From positions 11,962,415-12,026,414 of the forward strand of contig CM082582.2 of the NCBI GenBank assembly GCA_040954595.2: 64,000 bases of DNA. The letters run 5' to 3'. Source of the DNA: Balanoglossus misakiensis (taxonomy: Eukaryota > Animalia > Hemichordata). The notes under the pieces are model-generated. The model was not told where the DNA came from. It saw only the letters and a list, made by a program, of their open reading frames with translations, and did no database searches. Both the position numbers and the translations under genes were made by a program. Positions within the stretch are counted from its first letter, which is position 1. The number at the start of each line of letters is the position of its first letter. Positions 13,671 through 27,081 of this stretch are shown piece after piece.

Positions 13671-14825
13671 AGATGCACTTCCCTGCATTGCCCCGAAAGT
13701 GCAGTAGCATTTAATTCTCGCACACTCTCCAAAAGTTGCGAGTATTCTGCAGTCATCAGTAGTGAACACTTCCCAGAGTCCATGTGTCAAGGAGGCGGCA
13801 TATGTTGGAGAATGAAGTAGACTTCCAAAGTAAAGATTTCAGGAACTGACTGTAATATGCAGATTGAACTTTATCAACAGTATAGCACAGTATAACCTAG
13901 TACTCTGTGAAATGCCAATATTCACAGTGGTGAGGTGTTAGCTTCCATGTCCAGTTATTTTCCAGGTGTTTTATATTGTGCAATTTGTCAGGTAAACAGC
14001 CCATGTTTCATAATCATTGTACATATACTAATACAGAACGTACAGTGTATACCACATGTATGTGTAGTGTTATATTTGTTTGTAGGAGTAGCTAGGTTTT
14101 AAAGAACAGTGTTCTACTTGCTTAAGCGATAAAAGTTCACCGGAGCTATTAAGAATACAAATACCCAAGATGAGTTTATGGCAATATATTCTACATGATT
14201 TATTCCATCAAAGTTAAGCTGTAAGATGGCTGACATATGTCGTAAATTAAGACATAGCCTTACTTAGCCTAACTTACACTGGTACAGAAATAAACATTGC
14301 AACTTCCAACACATAAATCCTAAGAAAATTCTATTGTAGGTAATTTTTACACAGTATCATACAAAATAAACCCCCTCCATAAAAAAAACCCAAACTAAAC
14401 AAACATGCATGCATCATGCAAAGTAAACTGTCTGTGGATCCCCACAGATGCCTTTGTGGCAGATGTCTCCAAACCAAAGGGTCATGACAAAACACTATAG
14501 TCATATACAGGTATATACAATTAATGTCAAAAATAAAATCTACTCTATACAGGAGTTGCATCACCAAACCCTGACAATGTAATGCTAGTGGCATGTTAGC
14601 AAGGTGCTTGGTAATGAAGATTGATGAGCAGAATAAGTTTTTTATAGTACTGCAATTTTTTCATGTTCTTTCACATGGTTATTAGGCTCAGACTGTCCTC
14701 GTCAAAGCCACGCCATCATGTCTCATGAAATCTGTGAGTTATTTTAAAGACCTTTAGTGCATCTTCGTTGGAATAAACGACAGTCTGCTTAAGTGGTCCA
14801 TACCCCTTTCTCACTTCCGGTGTTG

Positions 14826-17800
14826 CTATGTTCCCACGGCGCCGGATTCCAGAGCGGTGTTGATGGCGTAGTCATGGAGATACATCATGATGGCGACTGG
14901 CTGTCCAATGATGATCGACAGCCACACACACATGTTGCTGTACATAGGCGAGAAACCGTTCACCCAGGAAACAGCATAAGCCAGAGGTACCTGCAGAGAA
15001 AATGACAATGGTTACTCTCATGCTACTTATGTGTTTACTAGAATTTGTGAATGGCAATCTCCCACACGCCACGTGACAAAGTGTGCTGTGAATTAAGAAC
15101 TGATTGCCGTACCTGCATTAGCATGCCCGTGAAGGCCCATAATTTCCACATGTGCAGAGGTACACTCACAAGGTACTGTATGCATAGAGAGAAAAATATA
15201 TTCATGTCACATCGACTGCCAAGCATGAGTGTTTTAGTGTGTATGACAATCAGTCTGACTGACTGACTAACTGATTTGGCATGCTAGCAAAATCTATACA
15301 GCAAGTTTCTCTACTCACCTCATGAAAGAATGCTGACAGGGCAAACACAGCAATTTTGGCTGTAGTTTTGCTGTAACCCTTTGCAAGCAGTGGTTTGTAC
15401 AAGTGTCTGTGTCCCCATCTGTGAACTGGAATGTTCCAGTTCTGCCAAAAGTACTGGATTGTTTCAGAATTCCTGGCAAATCATAAAATAAACCAGTTAC
15501 CAAAGGCGACATAGTTAACGATAGACAGTCATATTCCAAGGGACATTGACAGAACAACTAAGAAATCAGTTTCAATCCTTACCACCAATCTCTGTAGAAT
15601 TGTCGATCTCCAAATCGGAGCACCTCTGCAAGCACATTCAGGCAAGAATGGAAATACCAGTAGAAGAATATCAACCAGATGAAATGATTGGGAACCTGAA
15701 GAGGAAAAGATGAAAAATTGTTGCAGCATTCACAACTGTTTACAATCTCAGTAACAACAAATTGCATTGGTTGTTGAAACAGTGAGTTTGCTACAATATC
15801 TATGTAAGTAGCGAATGGCCACACATTACTTTGTGTTCTTTTAAAGCTTACTATATACTTACAGCTAACTTCATGATCCGTTCCAAACATCTCGACAAAT
15901 CCATTTCCTAAAATTAAAATAAAATATAGTTGTCATTTACTTAAACCTACTTATTTTGATAACTTTAGGGGTCAGAGTGCTGAGGTTGGTTTTATTAGAA
16001 AGCAGGACAAGTACTTACAGTAAATGGTTTCATGGCGTTTGTAACAGTCGGCACTATCCACTAGAAAAAATAATCACGATAATGAAAAGGTAAGAAATGA
16101 AATACATAATTGTAGCAGTCAAGCTATGAAAAATGCATCTGACAGTTCTACACGCAGGTCTCTATATTCATGTGGTCACTTAATATCTTTTAGAAATCTT
16201 TAAAGAAGTGTCTGTACCTGTTGGATAAGTCCAAGCATGACCTGACCAAGGAACAACTAAAGAAAGAAAGAAAACAAAACATAAGACGGACTGCACCTTG
16301 TGGATAAATTTCAGAAAAGTAAACACACGTACAAAAATATATTGAAGTGAATAGATTGTCAATTTCTTACCATTTCTATGCATCTACGAATCAAAAACCT
16401 CTTGCGGATTCGTTCAGATCTGGGAAAGTTCAGTTCGTAACATAGGGTCGGTGTAAACATGAAGTAGTAGAGATCTTGAACAGAAAAAATAATCATGGTA
16501 AAGATAATACCCCATATCATACTGCAAAACAAACTGATCTACATAAGAAGTTAGGTAAAAATGTTTTATTCTTGAATCAACTTTGGAAGAAACTGGTACA
16601 GGCCACCATTGTGTCTTACCTTTTAAGGTCAAGTTGTTAGGATATTGCACAAATTTGCTTCTGGTTTCAATCTTACCATTGGCAAATTCTATACCTCCTG
16701 AAAAATTAAGGTTAGAGTTTCAGACATCATGTGTTTTAAAATTTCCAGGGAAAGTTTAGACAGCAATGAATCTTGCTTTGATCAGTATGTGGCTTAAGAT
16801 ATACAGACAAACACTGAAAGAATGAGACATCAAAATCTTCTTTTTCTCAGTATTGCAATGTCTCGTATAAAATGCTTTTCATGAAATACTGTTTCTACAT
16901 TGTCGCCTACCATCTGATTTCGTTCGAGTTCTGTGTCTGCGTGGATGTCCCTTTCTCGGTTTTTCCGGACTCAGTTTCTCCCGGCACCATTTGTTAACCA
17001 TGGCGTAGGAAATCAACTTCATGAACTGAATGGAATAGATACCCAGGGCAATGAAGGCTCCGACTGAAACGACAAAACATTATATTTGGAGTTGACATAG
17101 AAACGACATCCTGTAAGGTCAAAGTTCAGAGGCCATCTTTGTTATTTGTAAGTTTGAATCTGACATATTCACAAAGTAAAAAATAATGACCTTACTTGGG
17201 TTAGGTTTGACTTTGGTGATTACAACCACTGGGAAGATAAGGACAGTCATGACGTTGAAGATATGCAGAAGTTTGCCCATTTTTTCTGACATTTGTTTCT
17301 GCAAACAGGAAAAAAAGTACAAAAATCACGTCAACTTTTATCTCTGCATTTGTGATACTGTAACTGTACTGTCAAGGCACAAGCACAGTTGATTTTGTGG
17401 TCTGAAAATCAAGATTGCCCGTAATCACATGTATCAGTTGCATTGATTGCATGTAATCCTAGTCTACTTATAAGTTCATCAAACTATAGACCTGTTTCAG
17501 AACTGGGTCACATAATCAAGTAATTCAGGCCAACTTAAATAGAACACAGGAACACAAACTTTCAAACTATTCATTTTTGTGATTACATAAACATAAGTAA
17601 TCAAAGAATTTAATCTGAACAATGAAATTCTCAAAGTATTGTTTGCAGGAGTCATTCTTTGGGTCCAAGTGAAGCAATTATGGCAAGAAACGCCACAGAT
17701 GGTCAAACAGATTTGATGATAGTTGCACAAATCTGTATGTGATCTCACCTTAGATAGCATGACTTCAATGACAAAGCTGATCAGTATGAAGACGTTGGAA

Positions 17801-19321
17801 GCTGGGAAAGGAGAAATGGAAAAGTTCCATTATTAATGACAAATCAGACATTTTTGATTCAATTTTATTGCCTTAACAATAACATGCTTCTACTTACTCA
17901 GCATAAGTATTGCATTGGGCCAACTGTGGACATCATTTGCACCAAAGACGTACAAAATCTTCACCGGGTCAACCAGAATGCCATACCTGAAAAATAGGAG
18001 TTTTTCATTCACTCACTTTACCAAGGTCATACCAGGGTCAACAGCACCCATACTGAAGGGGTATATGCCTGACACCAGACCTGTGACTGCCATGAAGTAT
18101 GTGGCTATATTATATTGTAAATGAAAATAGATATGACATACTTGATGAAATTTTCTAAGACCAGTCTTGCATTGGCCATACCCTGCAAAGAAATAAGAAT
18201 ATATAAATTCCAGTGAGTCAGAGTATAACACTTAATTCATTTCTTTCTCACAGTACAACCTACTTTAAGGTCACAAGTTCATTGTCAAAGTTCACTACTG
18301 AGTAAATGACCTTAGTGTGGAAGCAGATTAACCTTGCAGTGTCAAACTTCAGGGTTCAAGTAAGCTCGTTTTTAGATAATATTTACTTTCAGTCAGATTT
18401 TAAAATCACCATTGCCTTGGTGTTGTTTACTATCACATGTTTTCTGAATACGCACTGGTGACTTCGCAGTATCTTCCAACTCATTTCGACATAGTTTTGT
18501 GAATCACCAGTGATAGCTTTATCTCCAGCTCCAACTGATAACTCTTTACATTGTGACCCTTGACCTCAATCTGCCATATGTACAACTGAAATAGCTTATA
18601 ATTGACACTGGGTGTGGACAGATGTTGGTTTCATGAGTAAATCTAATTACTGAGACAGATCATTTCCTGTGGCATCATGAAATCAACAGCTTAGGAACAA
18701 AATCTGACAATTCTTTCAAATATTTCACTTACCAAGAGGACAACGCAAAGATTAAGGATTCCACGGTAGTTAGTCCAACCACTTGCTGAACTTAGAAGTG
18801 AATCTTGCTGCTGATGAATTCTATGATAGTTAAATTGAGAAAAATTACATATTTAATAGGCATTTGCTGCTGATCAATAATTCTATAACAATTCTAACAT
18901 TTTATAAAAATCAATTATTGATTAAAAAATTTCAATATATACACTATATACAGTACACTATTTGTAAACAAGTAATAACCCTAGAGAAACAATGAGTATG
19001 ATATGATTGTATGCAGCAGGCTGTTGTACTTGGTTTAATAGTATGATGTTGTCAGCCTCATCAATGGATATGCATCAATGGATGGAGTGACTTCACATCA
19101 TGTTTCCGATCTTCTGAGTGAACTTAGAGTGACACTTACGGCTGATCTGGTTGTAAAGCTCTTTCCTTTTCTTCCTCTCTCAGGGTTTCTTCCACTTCGT
19201 TCGTTGAATGAATTCTTCGCAGTTTAGCATTAGGCGATCTGGCAGCCAGGCCAGCTGTATTCCCTCCGTCCTTTCTATGCCTCAGCCGGGGACTCCGTCG
19301 CCGCGCGTCCGAATCCGACAT
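14826..19321 (-). CDS. DGAT1: Diacylglycerol O-acyltransferase 1, canonical-like paralog (copy B), 16 exons
   Basis: Spliced: [109 protein letters not shown]. Confidence 0.97.
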
Positions 19322-20066
19322 TTTACACTAAATCGTTCGTCTCCTCTACGTTTGTCACCCTCCGATCGGGTCGGAGCTTAGTTCTGGTGTCCAGTGCAAC
19401 TAAACTGTACGAGGACGTTGACACTGACTGTTGCTGAGCTTCCAGACAAATGACCTCAATCGACCTCTCACCGAAACCTTACAACAGCGAATCAGCTGTC
19501 GGTCACGTGAACAAAATACATAGCACCCCTAACTTGTGCATTCCGTGTTTTGGGCAAGATTTACATGTACTAGTATTTGAATAATTATTCTCGTCATTTT
19601 AAAGCCAGTCCGAGTATTGGCAAATTGTACGCGAACTTATTGCAGGTTTGAAGGTTTTTCTTTTCTTTCCAAAACCATTAAAAAGTGCGAGATATGATTC
19701 AACGCTGACTTGGTGGGCCTGTTAACCATGATGCAATTTGCAAAATGGCTGCTCGCATGGAAGCGAAAACGACACGACATGATCATTAGATTTGGAGATG
19801 GGAGTGTTTTTGCCTAAATATTATATTATAGGCGATCAAGAAATCCGTGCGGATGTCGGCATTGCTTCGGAGTCACGACTAAGTAGCACGTCCTCCATTC
19901 ATACTTCTTGGCTGGCGTAAAGTGTAATGTTTTGAACAAAAGAACGGTCATTGTGTTACGACACCTGTCAAACGCACCGGCAAATCGTTTTTGATTGATA
20001 GTCATCGTTAACGTGTTGACGCTATTCGCAAAAACTTTACGTTGGTATGCTCCCCAATGAACGTCT

Positions 20067-22406
20067 ATGAATTCTAAGAGAAAAAGTAGGAGTTTGCTTC
20101 CAAAGAAACGTGGCGGCCCATCAGCATCACCGGCGAGATCGAGAGGCGCATCACCAGCAAAAGGTGGGTTTATCCCTTTTGTAAAAAAAGTTCAATGGAA
20201 CCGTAAGTGCCACGCCGGCTGGTTCAAACATGGTCTGATGAAACTTCATTCATTTATAATCTGTATACTTCGCAGTTGATGCCGAGTCCGGACGTAAGGC
20301 AAAATTGGTGTCCATCAACAAAGCGTTGCTTAGCGACCCGGTTGATGTGGCAACACTGAGAAAGCTGGCCATTAGCTATGGTGGATTACTGACTGATGAC
20401 ATCCGCAGGAAAGCTTGGCCAAAACTTCTCAATGTTAACATCTTTGAAATTCCAAGTAAACCAGGCAAGTATATTTGTGATTGGACGTACCATATGTGTT
20501 TATAAGCCAAGATTGACAAAAGAAGTGTTTCATCATTTAATTTAATAAAGAAGAAAGTTTATCGCAATACAGCGATAATTAAAGATGAAATGAAATTCAT
20601 TAATTTTGTTCCTTCATCAGATGCTGATGTGAGAAGTCACCGGGATTATCACCAAGTAGTTTTAGATGTCAATCGATCTTTGAGGCGATTCCCACCTGGT
20701 AAGGATTCTTTGCCCATTTTTGCATGTGTATAACTGATGTGATCACACAACTTCATACTGATGATTTCATTGGTTCACACTCTATCCCTCGTCTCCGCCA
20801 AGCCATACCCCCTAGCCTATTGTGGATTCGGACAGTGATAGGGTGTTTTGTTCCTTTCTGACCTGCAGGGATGCGAGATGACCAGAGACAAGTATTACAA
20901 GAACAGCTGATAAATGTGATCGTCAGGGTTCTAATCAGAAACCCACAGCTTCATTACTATCAGGTCAGTGTGACACCCAGAGTAAAAAGCACAATCTGGT
21001 TTTAATAGTTATTTCATACTCCTCATAATTGACCCATGTTCTGTTTTACATTCGTGCGTTTTTCTCCTTGCTAGGGTTATCATGACATCTGTATAACATT
21101 CCTTTTAGTGGTAGGACAAGATTTGGCGTTCGCCTTGATTGAAAAACTTTCAACACATCACCTCAGGTAGGTGTAGCAGTTCATTAAAATTAAAATATCA
21201 TGCTGGCCTTGTGATACAAGTCTTTGTCACTTTTTCATATAATTATAATTATTCTTCTGATCACTTTTCAGAGACTTCATGGATTCGACCATGGACAGTA
21301 CTAAACATATGTTAAATTATTTATTACCAATTATTGGCAAAGCAAATCCTGAATTGAGAGATTTCATGGAAAGGTATGCTACTGTCATCTATTGTAGTTT
21401 TCTGATCTTATGAATTGTCAGCTGTGTTTTGCCATTGCAGGTGTTTATATTGATATGAGTGCATAGATCTGTGAAATGTTCAACTGATTTAACATCATCA
21501 CATTCTTTCATTTCAGGTCAGATGTTGGTACGATATTTGCCCTTGCGTGGTTGATCACTTGGTACGGCCATGTCCTTTCTGATTTCCGTAGTGTGGTGCG
21601 GTTGTATGATTTCTTCTTGGCCTGTCACCCACTCATGCCCGTCTACCTGTCCTCAGCAGTAAGTTCAGACACATTATATTGGATCATGTAGCATTGGAGT
21701 CGTAGATCCTGAAAATTATTCGTGGATGAATCTGTAGACTTTCAAATCAAACTGATTTTCCAACCATTGACTGATATGTCTTCTGTTACACAGATAGTGT
21801 TGCACAGAGAGAAGGAAGTTCTGGCCGGTGAATGTGAAATGACCTACGTCCACAGCCTGCTGTCCAAGATACCACAGAATTTGCCATTTGAACAGTTGAT
21901 CAGCAGGGCTGGCGATCTCTTTGTACAGTATCCACCATCAGCATTGGCAAAAGAAGCACAGTTGCAGTACAAACAGAGGTAAATATTTACACTATCTTAA
22001 ATTGCGTTTTGCTCCCTAGGTGAGTGAGAAAAATCTCGTACAGACACCCTGAATTGCAAGATGGCAGATTTCTGCTTGCTGTTGCTGACGGGGTGTCAAC
22101 AGCATATTGTATGTGTTAATATAATATTGAGATAATTATTAATTTAATATTGTGCGTCTCGTCGTATTTTCCAGTTCAACCTTGTCCAAACACAGTGATT
22201 TTGAGAAGACGTCTCTCAACCAGAGACCGGACACTGTGTTGCGACTCAGGAAGAGGCAACTGGCCGAACGTCGAAAGCAGTTGACGCCCAATGGCCTGGA
22301 TGAGAAGGACCACAGCGCCATTATGAAAGTTGCAGTGTGGGCGTTGACTGCATCAGTTGGTGCTGCCATATTTGCTGTGTTGAACACTGCAGCAGAATGG
22401 ATGTGA
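20067..22406 (+). CDS. TBC1D20: TBC1 domain family member 20 (Rab GAP), multi-exon, with a C-terminal membrane anchor
   Basis: GGLLTDDIRRKAWPKLL, DYHQVVLDVNRSLRRFPP, LHYYQGYHDICITFL, HHLRDFMD, FALAWLITWYGH, RLYDFFLACHPLMPVYL; hydrophobic tail VAVWALTASVGAAIFAVL. Start codon slightly uncertain. Confidence 0.93.
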
Positions 22407-25400
22407 AGACATGGTGCACTGTGCTTTTCATGGCACTTCTCTCATTACACTGTCGTATTTGTATTTTGCTAGACCACACTGCCAACTGTGGAGGGCTCAG
22501 TCCAAGGCTTAGAAGCCTGACAAGTGATAGCGTCTGGATATATGGTGTATACAAACATACAAATACACAGCCATATTATCACACTTTTAACGAGGGTATG
22601 AAAAATCAGTTCTAGGACAGTCACCCCCTGGAAATCACCCATTGGCCCAACACTGCCCCTGCCCCTAAACCCAGCCCTGACTAATATGAGTGGGGAAAAG
22701 TCTGGGTAGTAAATGACCTTTAACCTCTTTTTTAACACAATAAATCTAGAATAGAGTACATGTACAGTTCAATGTCTGTTTCACAAGATACACAATCCAT
22801 CATTCCTGGGTGATTTGGTACTTTGTTACATTATCTTCGACTCTGAAAAACTAGACATCCTAACAAGTCTAAAGGTAACCCAGTACACCCCCATATACAT
22901 GTATTTGGGTTAAACCATACCATTGAAAACGGTGGGATGGCGTTCCAAAAGATTTGCGGTGAAGGGGTGGAATCAAGCTTGAGACTCTCACACAAACCTC
23001 TGACGTGATCAAAATCAGTAAAACCAACTCTATCATTTCAACAGAACATATGCAACAGAAAATGTAATAATTTTTTGTCACAACACTTTCAAAAAGCAAA
23101 GCAAGTCGAAGTGTTGTGCGTGCATTTACAGCCTGTTATAGGTTAGAGAGCTTTGAATATCATTTAGTCGATACTACGCAAATAGGAAACATGAAAGCTT
23201 TGTCTAGTGGACTGAGTCTGCGCTGTGTTAGGGTGTGTGTCAACAGATCTGCATGAGAGCAGAAGTAGAGAAAATCCTTGTCATTATGCGCGAGTTCAAC
23301 CCTGCCATTGGAACCTCGTCAACTTTAACAGTCAACTTTTGTAGGGTTGGATGTGAGGGGCAAATGTGTCATTTTTAATCTCTTTTGCACGCGCCTGAGT
23401 ATTTTCAATTTGATGAGAAAGTGCAAAGATTCAAGCGCTCACCCCATTTACAATAAGTATGCACAAAGATTCATGTCTCGTCATCAGAATCATCTGTACA
23501 GTTGTGAATGGGTTTGTGAAATGTGCGTCGTGTTTGAGCAATGGATCTTCACAGAATCTCAGTGTGTGCTTGTATCATCTGACATATCAATTTGCAAAAC
23601 GAGAGAGAGAGTGTGTGTGTGTGATTATCTATCATGTCAGATTTTTTATATATGGTCAAGATTTACTCATCAGATTTTAGCATTGGTGATAGCACACAGT
23701 AGTTTGATTGTATTGAAGTAAAATGTGGTTTGTCTATGTCCCTCTTGCTTAGTTCATCGGGATTTGCATCCGTGTACACAGTGCTTGGCATACACCACTA
23801 GTCATAGAAACTTGTAGTTAAGCAGTGTTGATCTACAGAAGTCTGAGAAGATAGAAAATACTCAAAGATTAATTATTAATTATGTCTCAGTAGTAACTAT
23901 AGTATTTAGGGCATTTCTTTTTGTTACCATAACAACCAGTTGCCTGTAGCAAGCAATTCACGAACAAGACATATCCCCTTACATTTTAAAATCTTGATTC
24001 CCCTAAACACTTAAACGCGTGCAATGTTGTGAAATATTTTTAAGTTATGTGCTTTCTTGTAATTTATATTTTAAATTTGTATATTGTGATAATCTATATG
24101 TGTAGTTGAAAAACGGCACTGACATGCAATTTCTATAAACGCCTGTGTTAGTGGGTAGTGTATTGAAGTTTTCACAATTCCGGGGAGGGTGAATTAGATG
24201 GACTGTGGGAGGGGAGGTGGCCGATGTCATTCTGGGTTTATGTTTACGACAGGAATAAATAAGCGGTGATTAAAATGTGAGAATTAGTCTTGTTTCCTCT
24301 AAGCTCTTATTCTCAGTGGAGGCTAATCTAATGAGGTGAACGAACTGAGACTGGTTTAGCCATAAGTGTATCATTATCATCATTTCGACTCAACGATGAT
24401 TTATAACAAGCACCGATGTTCCAAAGTTCCTCGCCCCCGGTTCATTGAAATTTTTGTTTCTCAAAATGATCATTCTATCTACAATGTTCAACATGAAGGC
24501 CTGTCGGTCTTAGGGCCTATATGTCGATAGTATTTGTTCGTTAAAATTAAGCAAATTTTGCGCATTTGCGTCGTGATGCGATAAAATGGATAGATATGTG
24601 CCAAAATGAGTACGTGTACTTTCACGAAATGAGGAGTCTTGATGAAATCGCAAAATATTTGATACCACCGAATTAAAACACATGTCGGCGCGACAGACTC
24701 TCGAAATCGACTGAGTTAATCTTCGAACTTATAAGCAGAGAGTTTAAAATGACATACATATATACTACCAAGGTCGATGTAAGGTCAACGTGTTAAAACC
24801 GAGCTGTTAATATTTATCGTGTCTGTAACACCGTCATCTCACAGACAGTTCCAAAGTTTATTCACCCAGATAAATCGCAGTTTCATCTCCGATCTTCCCC
24901 TGGTCGAGAATTTGTTAACGTCCACGAGTATTATGCGACAAATTTATAATAACCTTTGTTTAATAAAACACAAATATATCTATATGTAAAAAATAATAGA
25001 TCCGCGGAAGATTATCCGGTATTTACAAAAAGTTCGTTGACAGTCATCCGTGAACGCTTCTAACCTTTTGTTGTTTTTAGGTCTAGGACTTTTTAAGGAC
25101 GGTCTCATTTCGTCGTCCATGGGGTGTGAGTTTGCTAGAGGTTCAGTTAGTTTCGGAAAGTCGTGAAAAAAACAGGAACGGACATAATGTGTCAGTTTAC
25201 CTGTCTGTCTAAGCAACTCTCTCTCTCTCCCCTCATTTTCCACCATTTAGAGACCGTTAGCATAGACACAAGAAACCGTTATGTAATACCAGGTGTTCGG
25301 GAGTGGGAGAGAAGGTAATTTTCAGTGACCCGAAATGTTGCTCCCCCACCCTTATTTCGGCAGGAAAATATGAAAAGTCCCTAACATATACCGGATGGTT

Positions 25401-25417
25401 CATCGTTTCAGTTCAAA

Positions 25418-26527
25418 ATGGAGCTCAGCGGGAGCACAGTCCTTGTCACCGGCGCTGCCGGCTTTCTTGGCCAACACATCGTCAGACTTTTGGCTGACAA
25501 AAACATGGTGCGAGAAATTCGCTCCTTCGACATCCGACCGTTCGACATCGCCAGCGTCGCTCCCAAAAGCTCCTCGGTCAGATTTCGTCACATCTGCGGT
25601 GACATCACCAAACCACAGGACATCGCAAGAGCTTGCGTGGACATCGATGTGGTTTTCCACGTCGCCGCATTTATTGACGTGACTCTGATGCCCGACAGAA
25701 AGAAAATGGATGCGATCAACATCCAGGGCACTCGCAATGTCGTGCAGGCCTGCATCGAGAATGGTGTGTCGACGCTGATCGGTACTAGCAGTAGCAGCTC
25801 GATCAACGAAACCGTGCCGAGCCACTCCGTTGACAGCAGCAGTGAGCAAGCAACCCCCGACAATTTTTATTCTTTCTACTCGCAATCGAAGTACGAGGCC
25901 GAACGCCTGGTCCTGAACGCAAACAAACGCGTCTGTAAAAATGGAAATGTCTTGAAAACCCTCGTGATCCGTCCGCTGCCGATGTACGGCGAAGGCGACA
26001 ACTACCACATGGTTAAACCTCTCAAAATCGTCAAGTCCCTTGGAGGGACTTTGATGAGAATTGGTTTCCGCAACACCAAGTACCAAACCGCATACGCCGG
26101 CAACGTAGCATGGATGTACATCAAAGCGTGGCAGAAACTGGCCACATCAACAGGTGGTCGAGGAAACCATAGTGATGACGTATCCGGCAAGGCGTTCTAC
26201 GGGACAGATGATACTCCGGGGGTAGACTATTTCGACTTCGTACGACCGTTGCTCGAATCCAGGGGGTACCGCCTTTCCAGAGTCATCGTGTCATTCTGGT
26301 TGGTTTACTGCATAGTGGGGCTGATGGGAATGTTTTGCCTGGTGCTCAAACCCATCAAGAAGATCAACATGGATTTCACCAAGGATTCGCTGTACGTCGC
26401 ATGCCGGGAAGAGCATGACTTTGACCCGAAGCACTCAGAAATTCACCTGGATTACAAGCCTCCTTACACTCCAAAGGAAAGCCTTGAAAGAAGTTTGAGG
26501 TTTTACAGCACAGTCAACCTTGATTAA
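25418..26527 (+). CDS. 3-beta-hydroxysteroid dehydrogenase family extended SDR, single coding exon, 369 aa
   Basis: TGAAGFLG Rossmann motif, GDI, VFHVAA, TSS, catalytic YSQSK, RPLPMYGEGD, YAGNVAW; uninterrupted ORF. Confidence 0.92.
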   Translation: MELSGSTVLVTGAAGFLGQHIVRLLADKNMVREIRSFDIRPFDIASVAPKSSSVRFRHICGDITKPQDIARACVDIDVVFHVAAFIDVTLMPDRKKMDAINIQGTRNVVQACIENGVSTLIGTSSSSSINETVPSHSVDSSSEQATPDNFYSFYSQSKYEAERLVLNANKRVCKNGNVLKTLVIRPLPMYGEGDNYHMVKPLKIVKSLGGTLMRIGFRNTKYQTAYAGNVAWMYIKAWQKLATSTGGRGNHSDDVSGKAFYGTDDTPGVDYFDFVRPLLESRGYRLSRVIVSFWLVYCIVGLMGMFCLVLKPIKKINMDFTKDSLYVACREEHDFDPKHSEIHLDYKPPYTPKESLERSLRFYSTVNLD

Positions 26528-27081
26528 CTTTCTCTGGACATCACAATCAGTAAGCTTCGCGGTTTATAATCGCATTATCAAAATTTGCAGAAACTAATGC
26601 AATTAAACAGTTGATAAACTTTAAACATGACTGCAGGCGGTCATGATACATTCAGTGAACTAAAATATGACAATGAATGGTACACCGATCCATAAAAGAT
26701 AAATGGGGACTTTTAGCTGTACAGTGATCGAAGTTATCTAAGTTTTACATGCATCGATAATGCTACTCGGATGATACAGGTGTAATTCTTACTATGGAGA
26801 ATTTTAAGTTTAAAATGATAGACTTTGGACTGATACCAATGGCTCAGATATGTAATCACTCAGTTTAATTCGTCTACCCCCAGAAATCGGCGGTATGGTA
26901 AAAACAATAGTTAGGAAGTAATGTGAACATAGAGGGCGTACACTCCAAGGATACTGATAGATGACACGTTTATTTCTTAATTTGACATAAAATACAGTAA
27001 CAAATAAAGTAAACTCTATCATTTATCTATCATCTTGGAAAAGGTGCTATCTTTTCCATTTTTTTCCAGTGGCTACAGCAT

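Noticed and set aside
25400-26086. 228-aa antisense ORF over the HSD gene
   Set aside because: Antisense ORFs are common opposite GC-rich SDR genes; no independent motifs.
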